IMG/VR virus record: IMGVR_UViG_3300045988_082633
Source of the DNA: a virus
Reading direction: 5' to 3' (one strand)
DNA: 64,000 nt
How positions within the stretch are numbered: position 1 is the stretch's first letter; the number at the start of each line of letters is the position of its first letter. The notes under the pieces are model-generated. The model had not been told where the DNA came from. It was given only the letters and a program-made list of their open reading frames with translations, and did not search any database. This document shows, in pieces, positions 20,069-29,049 of the stretch. The translations under genes and the position numbers were made by a program.

Positions 20069-20935
20069 TTATCCTTTACCAGTTTCAGCTGCAACAGTTG
20101 AAAGACCAAAAATTGTATCAAGAGTTGTAATCGCAGCAGCTCCAACAGGAACTGCAATATGTACAATTTGATATACAACTTCATCACGCTGCTTTGCTGA
20201 AATACGAGGAACAGCAAAACGAAGAGTGTAAAGAGTATATTGGTCTTCACTTACAACTTCAGGATAACCAGGATAAATCTCTTTACCATCTTCACCAGTA
20301 TAATTAAAGCCTTTACCAGCAGCACAACGAGAAGCCAAATCTTGAATATCAGCTTTATCAAGTTCTGCTTTCTTGCCATGTGTTACCTCAGTAGGAGTAA
20401 CATCTATGAGACCATCAGCACCAAGAACTTCAAAATCTTTTCCAGCTTCAACAGCTGTAATTGTAATAGCACCACCTGTATTTGATGCTTCTACACCAAG
20501 ATTATACTTATTACCATTAATTTGACTAACAATCTGCTTAGCTACATCAGCCGCAGTTGTAGTTGTTGCCATAGTGGTAAATGTCCAATTACTACGTTCA
20601 TTAAATACAGTACCTTTCTTAACTATAACTACAGTATAATGTGTACCTTTTTCTGGAGTAGGAACTGTAATTTTAGCAGTAAATGTTTTAGACGCTTCAT
20701 AAGAAGCCTTAGTAACTTGAAGAGATTTAACATCTACTTCAGGAAACATAAGAGGCATTTTACCTGTAGCACGTCCTACTACAATAGAAAAATTATCAGT
20801 AGGAGCAGCTGTAAGCAATGAACCATCACTCAAAGAAAAGAGAGCAATAGTTCCTTCTGGAACTGTAGTAAGATCAGTAGCTTTAGCAGTAGTTGTAGCA
20901 TAAGCATTTTTCTTACAAATAAATAATTGTTTCAT
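20069..20935 (-). CDS. abundant-looking virion structural protein (capsid-associated or decoration candidate)
   Basis: 288 aa, T/A/V/G-rich, GC-richer codon usage like the capsid gene, in the head module and followed by a hairpin. The specific role is not established. Confidence 0.55.
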   Translation of the reverse strand: MKQLFICKKNAYATTTAKATDLTTVPEGTIALFSLSDGSLLTAAPTDNFSIVVGRATGKMPLMFPEVDVKSLQVTKASYEASKTFTAKITVPTPEKGTHYTVVIVKKGTVFNERSNWTFTTMATTTTAADVAKQIVSQINGNKYNLGVEASNTGGAITITAVEAGKDFEVLGADGLIDVTPTEVTHGKKAELDKADIQDLASRCAAGKGFNYTGEDGKEIYPGYPEVVSEDQYTLYTLRFAVPRISAKQRDEVVYQIVHIAVPVGAAAITTLDTIFGLSTVAAETGKG

Positions 20936-20958
20936 TACTTTCTATATTTATTGGTTAA

Positions 20959-21888
20959 TTATTGTTGTTGTTGAGCATTACCTTCATTACGATAATTATT
21001 TCTCATATTCTCTTGACGAGCATTTTGTTCTTGAGCTTGTGCCGCCATCATAGAACCACTAATAGCAGTACGATACAAATCAACAGCATGTTTAACTATA
21101 TCAATGTGCATATATTCAGGCAAGTCACAATTTACATTTTTTCCACCAACATCTTCTTTATACATAACAGTAGCAGGTTTTGCTATGTAAGACATACGAA
21201 GTTGATAAGGAAGAAGCTTATTTGAAAGAAAATATCCATTACCATCTATGTCTTCTGTAAATTTATCAATGTAAAGGTCAAATATGTTCTTTCTTTTTGT
21301 CTCCTCTAAAGAACTAATGTCAGTACTATATGAGACAATAATAGGACTTCTTAATCTTGGTTTAAGAACAAAATCGTTAAGAGTATCAGCTAGAAAACTA
21401 TCATCTATAATACGAACAGGAAAGAAATTTGTAACAAGATCATCATTATCATATGTAACAGATGTAAAGTCATTAGAATTACCACTATATCCTGTAATAC
21501 ATACCTTGTAATTTAATGAAAAATCTACAAGAAACATATATTCCGGAATAGGTTTCTTAACTACTTCAAAATTAGTACTCATACGACCAGTTTGTACATC
21601 AGAAGCAGAAAAAGCAAAACTTACAAACTGCTGTTGTCTTGGAAGCATATCTATAATAGCAACATGATACAATGAACGAAGTGCATTTATCTGTCCTATT
21701 TTAGAATTATCTGTAATTACTCTATCGTTAGTAATACCAATATTCTGTTTTATGACCTCGTTAACAGCATCCATAATAGAAGTGTTAATGAGCAAATCAA
21801 TCTGTTCAGGAAGAATAGCTCGATGATTTTGCATACCCATTTGTTGAGCATACTGTCTAAACATGATGTGCATCTCGGGTATTTCCAT
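20959..21888 (-). CDS. hypothetical head-module protein
   Basis: 309-aa ORF two genes downstream of the capsid gene. No motif recognised. Confidence 0.6.
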   Translation of the reverse strand: MEIPEMHIMFRQYAQQMGMQNHRAILPEQIDLLINTSIMDAVNEVIKQNIGITNDRVITDNSKIGQINALRSLYHVAIIDMLPRQQQFVSFAFSASDVQTGRMSTNFEVVKKPIPEYMFLVDFSLNYKVCITGYSGNSNDFTSVTYDNDDLVTNFFPVRIIDDSFLADTLNDFVLKPRLRSPIIVSYSTDISSLEETKRKNIFDLYIDKFTEDIDGNGYFLSNKLLPYQLRMSYIAKPATVMYKEDVGGKNVNCDLPEYMHIDIVKHAVDLYRTAISGSMMAAQAQEQNARQENMRNNYRNEGNAQQQQ

Positions 21889-21903
21889 ATCTCTTACTTT
21901 TAA

Positions 21904-22992
21904 TTAGAACATTTTAAGTTTATTTTCGTAAAGTTCTTTCATATCCTTATTGTCAGGATTATTAAAGAAAGCTACAGCTCCATTCATATTAGAACCAATT
22001 AGAGTACCATCTGCTGTAGAAATCTGCTGATTAAATTCAGAACGAATAAGTTCTCCACGAACAATCAAAGTTTCAATGAAAGCACGAGTAACAATATTTT
22101 TATCAGCAAACAACTTGTTAAACTTATCAGGATGTGTATTTACATAATCCATAAGATAAGAAGTCTTTTCACTATCAGTTTTGATAAGAGCTTCTGATAC
22201 ATTCTCGTTTCTAGATGCAACAATAGCAACATATACAGCATTACGTTTTGTAGGAGATGCGTTAAGTTCAATAAAGTTACGCATAGCTTGCATACGATAT
22301 TCTGTAAGTTTCTTTTGCTTTTCAGCTTCTTTAGCTTCGTCCTTAATATAAAAACGAATAGAAGGATCTGAATTAACAACAGCTGTATCTTTTGCTACAT
22401 CTTTATAAAGAAGACAATGACGATAAATAATATATTGTTCAAGATTTACTGGATGGCCAATCTTATATTTTTCGCTTTCAAGAGTATTAAGAGCATCTAC
22501 ACGCCTTTTAATAGCCTCTTTAATTGCAGAAAGATTAGTCCTATCTACTTTTGCATAATTTTCATCAATAGCATCTTCTTTCTTTTTGAAATCAAGATAA
22601 TCTTTCTTTGTATTGTAAACAAAAGAAATGTCCAAAGGAACATCATTTTCATTTACAACAAATTGAATGTTACTAAGCCAAGCTTTAACTCTACTTGTAA
22701 AATCAGCATGGTTAGGTGATAGACCTACAAGTGCAGGAAAATAGGCATTTACTTCTCCAGAATTAGAAGAAAGAACTCGACAAGAAGTAATAGAACTACC
22801 AATAGTTTCTTTACGTTGACCGAGAACTTTCATATTTACTTTACGATAATTTGAATAATTATGAACAAGACTAATAACAATAGTTCTCTTATCCACATAT
22901 TCTTTAGTTAAATCTTCGTTATTTGCGTCACTACCACCTAACTGTTCTTGAACTTTAGTAGGACTACTTTGTATATTTGTTTTAATATCCAT
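21904..22992 (-). CDS. hypothetical head-module protein
   Basis: 362-aa ORF immediately downstream of the capsid gene. No motif recognised. Confidence 0.6.
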   Translation of the reverse strand: MDIKTNIQSSPTKVQEQLGGSDANNEDLTKEYVDKRTIVISLVHNYSNYRKVNMKVLGQRKETIGSSITSCRVLSSNSGEVNAYFPALVGLSPNHADFTSRVKAWLSNIQFVVNENDVPLDISFVYNTKKDYLDFKKKEDAIDENYAKVDRTNLSAIKEAIKRRVDALNTLESEKYKIGHPVNLEQYIIYRHCLLYKDVAKDTAVVNSDPSIRFYIKDEAKEAEKQKKLTEYRMQAMRNFIELNASPTKRNAVYVAIVASRNENVSEALIKTDSEKTSYLMDYVNTHPDKFNKLFADKNIVTRAFIETLIVRGELIRSEFNQQISTADGTLIGSNMNGAVAFFNNPDNKDMKELYENKLKMF

Positions 22993-23021
22993 TGTTCTAT
23001 AATATTACTGATTATTACTAA

Positions 23022-24497
23022 TTAGATTACACACTTCAAATGGAACATCTTAGTTGCATTATTCACTTGAAGACCATAACTGTTCTTAATTTCATAACGA
23101 GACATGTCAATTTCTGTAGAAATTGAATTATTAGGAACAGAACCCCAAGAAGCAGGAATATCTGTAAGACCTTTCAAAATACCAATCTTATAAATTTGAC
23201 CTGTTTGACGAATCTTACGAACATTACGAACACCTTGATAAGTAGAAAGGTCAATAAGGAATGCTTGATGTGAAGTAATAGGACGACCTGTACGAGGATG
23301 AACCATACCATTAGCCTTAGCATTCTCTGCAAGAGTACCTGTATCAAGGAAAGGCAAATGTTTAACAGTAATAATATGTCCATCTACAGTTTTATAACGA
23401 CGGAAATACTTACCATAAGAAAGACCACCTTCAAAATCTTCCATCATCTTATCTCCAAGAGGTGTAGCAAATCCTTCAGAACGAGCTTCATTACGGATAG
23501 CCATATCAAAGTCTTCCATAAAACCTTTACCACCCATAAGAACAACCTCCATAGAACCAGTATCAGTGTCCTTGTCAAGAATATCACCTACTGTACGTTC
23601 AATCTTATTCAAAGTAAGAACTTCACCGTAAGTATCGTAATTAGATTCACGACAAATCTGCATCATACCAGCAGTATGAGGAATTGGTTGACCATTATCT
23701 GGATCAATAAGAAGAACTTCACCATTCTCATTACGGTTATATTCTGCAAGCCATAGACGCTCTTCGTCCATAATACGACAAGTAATATCATGTTGACGCA
23801 TTTCTTCATTAATCCAAAGGTTAGTAGTACCACCACCTTTAGTCTTAAACTCATAAGTTACAACAACATTAGAAATATTACCTGCAATTTCCTTAGAATA
23901 ACGATGGAACTCAAGTTGACTAGTCATCTTACCAGGACCCATAACATTGCTTCTATTACCCTTAGAATAAGATTCACTAATAGTAGGAGCAGTCATAGAC
24001 CAATACTTACCAACAGCAAGATTAGCAGGATCTACATACATATTAGGATCAGGAGTAGTAAGTTTAAGACGATAAAGATAACCACCATGAGGACCTTCAC
24101 CAAGATCTTTCATAATACGAACTTGCGTTACGCCATCAGGAGCAATAAGACCATACTGTTCAATAAGCCAATGAGTAGCAAATTCTACCTCAAACATAGC
24201 ACCGCCTTTACCAGGTGTAGTATTAGCAGTGTTAAAATAAATAACATAATCATTGAACTTCATGCGGCCCATAGTCTTCCAAGTCCACTGAACAGTTTTA
24301 ATGTCTTTAACACCAGCACTACCTTGACCTTCAGTAAGGAATGTCAAAGGAAATCTATCATCATCCATACCATAAGTATAGGTGAGAGTATTGTTAATCT
24401 CCTCTGGCTTAGACAACATAAGATGAGCAATAGTCTCTTCATTAGAATAACCACGGTCATCATAATTACCACGAGATACTTCTCTAAGTTTATACAT
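23022..24497 (-). CDS. major capsid protein (crAss-like, HK97-fold type expected)
   Basis: 491 aa with the strongest GC-rich codon bias in the block (it even opens a 238-aa antisense ORF). Its position (TerL, small gene, portal, scaffold-like gene, this gene) matches the crAss-like head-module order as I recall it. No search was possible. Confidence 0.7.
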   Translation of the reverse strand: MYKLREVSRGNYDDRGYSNEETIAHLMLSKPEEINNTLTYTYGMDDDRFPLTFLTEGQGSAGVKDIKTVQWTWKTMGRMKFNDYVIYFNTANTTPGKGGAMFEVEFATHWLIEQYGLIAPDGVTQVRIMKDLGEGPHGGYLYRLKLTTPDPNMYVDPANLAVGKYWSMTAPTISESYSKGNRSNVMGPGKMTSQLEFHRYSKEIAGNISNVVVTYEFKTKGGGTTNLWINEEMRQHDITCRIMDEERLWLAEYNRNENGEVLLIDPDNGQPIPHTAGMMQICRESNYDTYGEVLTLNKIERTVGDILDKDTDTGSMEVVLMGGKGFMEDFDMAIRNEARSEGFATPLGDKMMEDFEGGLSYGKYFRRYKTVDGHIITVKHLPFLDTGTLAENAKANGMVHPRTGRPITSHQAFLIDLSTYQGVRNVRKIRQTGQIYKIGILKGLTDIPASWGSVPNNSISTEIDMSRYEIKNSYGLQVNNATKMFHLKCVI

Positions 24498-24534
24498 ACT
24501 TATTAAAGTTAAAAATTAAACATTAAAAAATTTA

Positions 24535-25866
24535 TTAAAGAATTATATCATCCATGTTTGTCTTACCATCTTGTTTTTTAACAAGTTTAACAGTTTTAGT
24601 AGAACGATTTTGTTTAGATTTGACAATAAGTTTACGAACTTCGTTTTCCTTAACTGCCATATCAATCAAATCTTTATAAGTTCCTCCTGTAAACATAAGC
24701 CAAGCATCGAGCATTTCACGAGCCATATATTCATCATCAGTAAGTTCAGCTAAATCTCTCTGATACCCTGTAATCTTACTACCATCTTCTTTTTCTACTG
24801 AAGCATTAGAAATATAATTAAAGAAATCATTAGGAGTAATAACTACTTTTTTACCATTAATTTCTTTTGTAAAACTATCAGGAATTTTATAACCGTTAAT
24901 AACACGTCCATTAATCATATTATTAACTTTTTCCCAATATGCTTTAAGATCTTCTGCTTCTTGTTGACGTTGAGCAGCAGCTTGTGTTTCAATATCTTTA
25001 CGATATGCTTTATCTTTATCAACAAGAGCTGCAAGTTGAGTTTTAGCCTCATCATAAAGACTTCCGCTATCTCGAAGATATTTAATATAGTTATCATTAA
25101 GACTCTTATTACCGAACTCAGCAGCAGCCATCTTAATTACAGCAACAAGTTGACTTTCATTATCTTTATCTAATGTAATTCCACTACGATCTGGAATATC
25201 ACCAAAACCTTTAGGAGTACCTTTAAGCTGTACATAGTCTTGGAATTGTTTAAGAAGAGGATTATCTTGATAAAGACGATTGATTGCTGCTTGTTGAAGT
25301 TCATTAGAACGAAGATTTATAACAGAATCAATATAAGATTTAACTCCATTTGCATCTTCTGTAAACTCAATAGGAGTTCCATTTTCATCGTTTATCGTAA
25401 TACCTACTGCTTCTTGAATAGAAGAAAGACTGAGTGGTTCGTTATCACTACTATCGTTAATATCAACTGTTTTAAGCCACTCAGCTACATCTGCTGCTGC
25501 TTTAAAAACATTTCCTTCAGCATCAACAACGTCTCCATTTTCAGAAACAGTATAAGTAACACCATCAACCTCAATTTGATCTCCAACATTTAGCTCCCCC
25601 GTAGAAGCGTCGCCATTACCATTGTTGTTGTCATTGCCATTGTTGTTACCATCTTTATTGTTATTACTATCTGTAGTAGGATCATTAATATCTACTGTAT
25701 CATTACCATTAAGATGAGTAACATCATCTTGATTATTTTGAGCACCACCATTATTGTTGTTATCGGTGTTAGTATTTTGACTACCTGCTCCTTCAAAATC
25801 AATGTCTGTAACTGCCATAATTTTATTACTATTTTTAGGATTATTATTAGAATATCTAATCATCAC
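24535..25866 (-). CDS. head-module protein with an N/D/G-rich disordered N-terminus and coiled-coil regions (scaffold-like)
   Basis: 443 aa between portal and capsid genes, with a long low-complexity N-terminus (NNNNGGAQNNQDD..., NNNKDGNNNGNDNNNGNGD). The true start may be the internal MAVTDIDF at about 25818. Contains motif copy 4. Confidence 0.5.
   Translation of the reverse strand: MMIRYSNNNPKNSNKIMAVTDIDFEGAGSQNTNTDNNNNGGAQNNQDDVTHLNGNDTVDINDPTTDSNNNKDGNNNGNDNNNGNGDASTGELNVGDQIEVDGVTYTVSENGDVVDAEGNVFKAAADVAEWLKTVDINDSSDNEPLSLSSIQEAVGITINDENGTPIEFTEDANGVKSYIDSVINLRSNELQQAAINRLYQDNPLLKQFQDYVQLKGTPKGFGDIPDRSGITLDKDNESQLVAVIKMAAAEFGNKSLNDNYIKYLRDSGSLYDEAKTQLAALVDKDKAYRKDIETQAAAQRQQEAEDLKAYWEKVNNMINGRVINGYKIPDSFTKEINGKKVVITPNDFFNYISNASVEKEDGSKITGYQRDLAELTDDEYMAREMLDAWLMFTGGTYKDLIDMAVKENEVRKLIVKSKQNRSTKTVKLVKKQDGKTNMDDIIL
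25596..25606 (+). repeat. GC-rich interspersed motif, copy 4
   Basis: Plus strand reads AGCTCCCCCGTAGAAGCGTC. Inside 24535..25866, antisense; the gene reads TCT ACG GGG GAG = S-T-G-E. Confidence 0.85.
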
Positions 25867-26007
25867 AAAGATAATACTTTTTGTTTTAGCTACAAAATAA
25901 ATTTGAAGATTTTTAGCAATAATATCACTAAAAATAATATGTTTTGTATTATTACTGCCAACATTAGATACAATAAAGGTTAGTGAAATGCCGATATTTA
26001 ATAGAGT

Positions 26008-26135
26008 GCTGCCAATGAAAAATATGTCTCAGATAGTGTCAAATTTGGCCTGTGTTGCTTTAAAATTAGATAAGTGAACAACTATATTAGTCAGTAAATA
26101 GAATGGCTTAAACAGCTTAAAAATATATGGAATAA
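26008..26135 (+). repeat. diverged third copy (C) of the repeated intergenic element
   Basis: GAAAAATATGT...GTGTCAAATTTGGCCTGTGTTGCTTTAAAATTAGATAAGTGAA...TAAATAG...CTTAAAAATATAT is collinear with copies A (41381-41525) and B (57088-57190). Plus orientation, although it lies in the minus-strand block between the portal and scaffold-like genes. Confidence 0.35.
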
Positions 26136-26144
26136 AATAAAATA

Positions 26145-26179
26145 GTCTTCTTAATAATCATAAAGACTATTAAGAAGAC
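26145..26179 (-). terminator. hairpin terminator after the portal gene
   Basis: Perfect 12-bp stem GTCTTCTTAATA / TATTAAGAAGAC with an 11-nt loop. On the minus strand it is followed by TATTTTATTTTATTCC. Confidence 0.65.
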
Positions 26180-26226
26180 ACAGAGTAGTTTGAAAATGCA
26201 CTATACTACTAAGTAATTAGAAATAT

Positions 26227-28641
26227 TTACTTATCATATTTATTTTTATTAGTTTTAGCAATTTTTAATTGAGTATCTATTTGATGTCGTTTAACTTCTC
26301 TATCTGCGGCTTTACTATAACTATCTGCTACAAGTTTTTCTCGTTCAAGTTGGATACGTTGTTGTTCAAGATTACGTTTATTTTCTTCTGCTAATCCAGC
26401 AAGACGAGCTTTAACTTCTGAATCATTGCTATCAGCAGCAAGCATAGACATATCAACATCAATATATTTAAGCTGCATTTCATAAGCATATTGTAGTTCT
26501 TTAGTTAATCTATCTTGCTCACCTTTAGCTTGAATCTCTCGAAGTTTAGCTTGAATTTCTTCTTGTTTTAACATCTGTTCCATTTGTTGCATCTGTTCTT
26601 CGTGTTGTCTTTTAATTTCCATAAATTTTTGAACAGTTGCTTTAATTTGACTAACATTATCTCCAGATATTGCAGCAAGAGCCATATCTAAATCTCCATT
26701 TTGTGCAGCACTAAATGCCCATTGACGAAGCTGTTGAATTTTATCAAGTTCTTTAGAATCATTACGAACTGTAGTAGAATAGTCAGAATTTATAAAACTA
26801 TCAACATCAAGACTTATATATCTACGTTTACCAAGTTCATCCCAATAAGAAGTATCAAGTCCTTCAACAAAAGCAAGTTTACAATAATCTAAATCTCTAT
26901 TATAATCTGCTTTTCTAAATTCATCAAACATTTGAACAAGAATAACCATACCCATTGATGAACGAGTAATAGCTTCTTGTGTTGTTGCTGCTCCAGCAGA
27001 TTGAGCAATATCTCCATATCGTTGCATATTCATATCTACCATTTCACGAGCTTCAAGTTTGGTAGACTCCATAAGATTAGTAAGTTGAGTAATATAGTCA
27101 CCCATATTAGCATTAAGTAATCTTATTTGCTGCATTTTTAGAGAATTAGTATCTTCACTATCATCTATAAGAAGAACTCCATCTGCTTGAAGTTTATATA
27201 ATTTATCTTCTGTATCAGAAGCAATAAGAGATTCAGGAAGAAGAAGAATTAACATTTTATTCTTAGCAATAACCATTTCTCTATGATAAGCAAATATATT
27301 ACGCATAACTTGATAAGGAGTTACAAGTTTAATTATACTAAATTTACCCATCATAGGAAGAACTTCCATAATACCATTATAAGGTAATTTACCTTCACGA
27401 TTAAAAGCTATAGGACGAGCTTTAATAGGATATATAGAGTTATATCTTCCGCCTATTCGATAACCTTCATAAACTTGTGGTTTATAAAGCCATTCTATAC
27501 TTATATCTCCTGCTTGTTTATTAAGAGTATAATCTTCTTCAACAATACGCGTAGTTTCTAAACCAAACTCATTTATATAAGTAAGAACACCTTGTTTTGC
27601 TTCGCCTCTCCAAACAACATGCCATACTTCAAATAAATTATTATTTTCAGCAGTAAGAGTTATAGGCTCTTTTTTAAACAATTCTCTTTCAGTTTTTGAA
27701 AACTTTTCACAAACATCAGAATAAGATTCAAACATTTGATTATAACTAAGTCTAGTTATGCCATTATTAGATGAAGCTCTTCCATAATATAATTCAAGAA
27801 ACGCTTTATCTTTTTTATCAAGAAAATCATCAAACATATCTATAATTTGTTGATAAGACATAAGCATACGTCTTGCAAACATATCATGGTCTTGAACAAA
27901 AAACTTATCATTAGGAATAGGATAAGCTTCAAGAACAGGAACATTTTCTTTAAATAATTTATCTCCTCTTACATCTGAATAAGAATAACATTCTCCAAGA
28001 GAAACAAAATTAAAGAAAGCAGAAAGATAAATAATATTATCTTGTGTCATTGAACGAATATAATCAAGAATATCTTGTCCTTGTTTGCTTTCATTATCAA
28101 TATATTTCTCATTAAAATCTTTAATAAATGCTTCTATATCAGGCATAGCTTGTTGTGGATCAACAGTATTAGGATCTTGTCCTTGTTGTTGCGCTTGTTG
28201 AACCATAGCTTGATATTGACGTTCAAATTCTTGTTGGAATGCTTGTTGAGCAAGTTCACCAATCTTTTCTTTTAATTTTGCATTTTTATTAATAATTATA
28301 TCAGGATTGTTAGCTCCTACAACAAATTCATGAACACCTTTAAAATATTCAGATACATATCTACGAATAATATCTGACATAATATCAAGATTACGCATAG
28401 TAGCAGGAAATCTAGTATATTTCTCATTATTACTATTATACGGATTAAGAGTCTTTTTATAAAACTCATTTGGCATATCACCTCGAAGAATACCAAGTTT
28501 TAACTCAGTATCTGTTCTATCGTTAAAACTCAAACCTGCATCAATAACATAATCTATGCAATTAGCATACCAATAAGGTTTTCTTTTTTCTGTGCCACTA
28601 ACTCTTTGTTGAGGAAAAGTAGCATTATACTTTGGCATCAT
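26227..28641 (-). CDS. portal protein
   Basis: 804 aa, two genes downstream of the large terminase. Size and the E/Q/K-rich coiled-coil C-terminus agree with crAss-like portals as I recall them. Position-based call. Confidence 0.75.
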   Translation of the reverse strand: MMPKYNATFPQQRVSGTEKRKPYWYANCIDYVIDAGLSFNDRTDTELKLGILRGDMPNEFYKKTLNPYNSNNEKYTRFPATMRNLDIMSDIIRRYVSEYFKGVHEFVVGANNPDIIINKNAKLKEKIGELAQQAFQQEFERQYQAMVQQAQQQGQDPNTVDPQQAMPDIEAFIKDFNEKYIDNESKQGQDILDYIRSMTQDNIIYLSAFFNFVSLGECYSYSDVRGDKLFKENVPVLEAYPIPNDKFFVQDHDMFARRMLMSYQQIIDMFDDFLDKKDKAFLELYYGRASSNNGITRLSYNQMFESYSDVCEKFSKTERELFKKEPITLTAENNNLFEVWHVVWRGEAKQGVLTYINEFGLETTRIVEEDYTLNKQAGDISIEWLYKPQVYEGYRIGGRYNSIYPIKARPIAFNREGKLPYNGIMEVLPMMGKFSIIKLVTPYQVMRNIFAYHREMVIAKNKMLILLLPESLIASDTEDKLYKLQADGVLLIDDSEDTNSLKMQQIRLLNANMGDYITQLTNLMESTKLEAREMVDMNMQRYGDIAQSAGAATTQEAITRSSMGMVILVQMFDEFRKADYNRDLDYCKLAFVEGLDTSYWDELGKRRYISLDVDSFINSDYSTTVRNDSKELDKIQQLRQWAFSAAQNGDLDMALAAISGDNVSQIKATVQKFMEIKRQHEEQMQQMEQMLKQEEIQAKLREIQAKGEQDRLTKELQYAYEMQLKYIDVDMSMLAADSNDSEVKARLAGLAEENKRNLEQQRIQLEREKLVADSYSKAADREVKRHQIDTQLKIAKTNKNKYDK

Positions 28642-28646
28642 AATAC

Positions 28647-29048
28647 TTAAATGTTTATAAGTTTATAATTATTAAAATCTAACACTTGTTCTAAAATATA
28701 TTCAAGAAGATAAGTATATGGTTCATTTGCTTCATTCTTAAAACAAGGAATATCAATAAATGACAAAGTTCTCATAGTAGCATGTAGACATTCATGAGCT
28801 GCTATAGCTATTTCTTTAGGAGATTTAGGATGATAATGTAGTTCTATAATTCCATTACCATCAATATCGTTATACCAATATGATGCTTCTGCATTATCGT
28901 CACTTTCTAAAATTTGAGTTATAATACTATTCCAAGTTTTAGGACAATCATAAGTTTCAATCCATTCCTTAAACTCTTTGTGAGAACCTATAAAAACAGT
29001 AATATCTCTTTTATAAAGTTCTATTCTTATATTTTTATATTTAGCCAT
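28647..29048 (-). CDS. small HExxH-motif protein (putative minimal Zn-metallopeptidase)
   Basis: 133 aa containing AAHECLHATM (an HExxH motif), wedged between the TerL and portal genes. Confidence 0.45.
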   Translation of the reverse strand: MAKYKNIRIELYKRDITVFIGSHKEFKEWIETYDCPKTWNSIITQILESDDNAEASYWYNDIDGNGIIELHYHPKSPKEIAIAAHECLHATMRTLSFIDIPCFKNEANEPYTYLLEYILEQVLDFNNYKLINI

Positions 29049-29049
29049 A

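Noticed and set aside
20056-20250. 64-aa minus-strand ORF overlapping the 3' end of 20069..20935 in another frame.
   Set aside because: It is entirely contained in a longer, compositionally normal ORF. Its L/F/Q-rich translation is typical of an out-of-frame artefact.
23790-24506. 238-aa plus-strand ORF, and many other track ORFs antisense to the main coding strand (for example 2984..3454 +, 16350..16667 +, 25240..25593 +, 51453..51920 -, 52608..52982 -, 53603..53986 -).
   Set aside because: All lie fully inside longer, motif-bearing ORFs on the opposite strand. Their translations are low-complexity (I/F/L/S/N/T/K-rich) and they break the strict strand polarity of each block. These are the chance ORFs expected in AT-rich DNA, or opposite strongly codon-biased genes.
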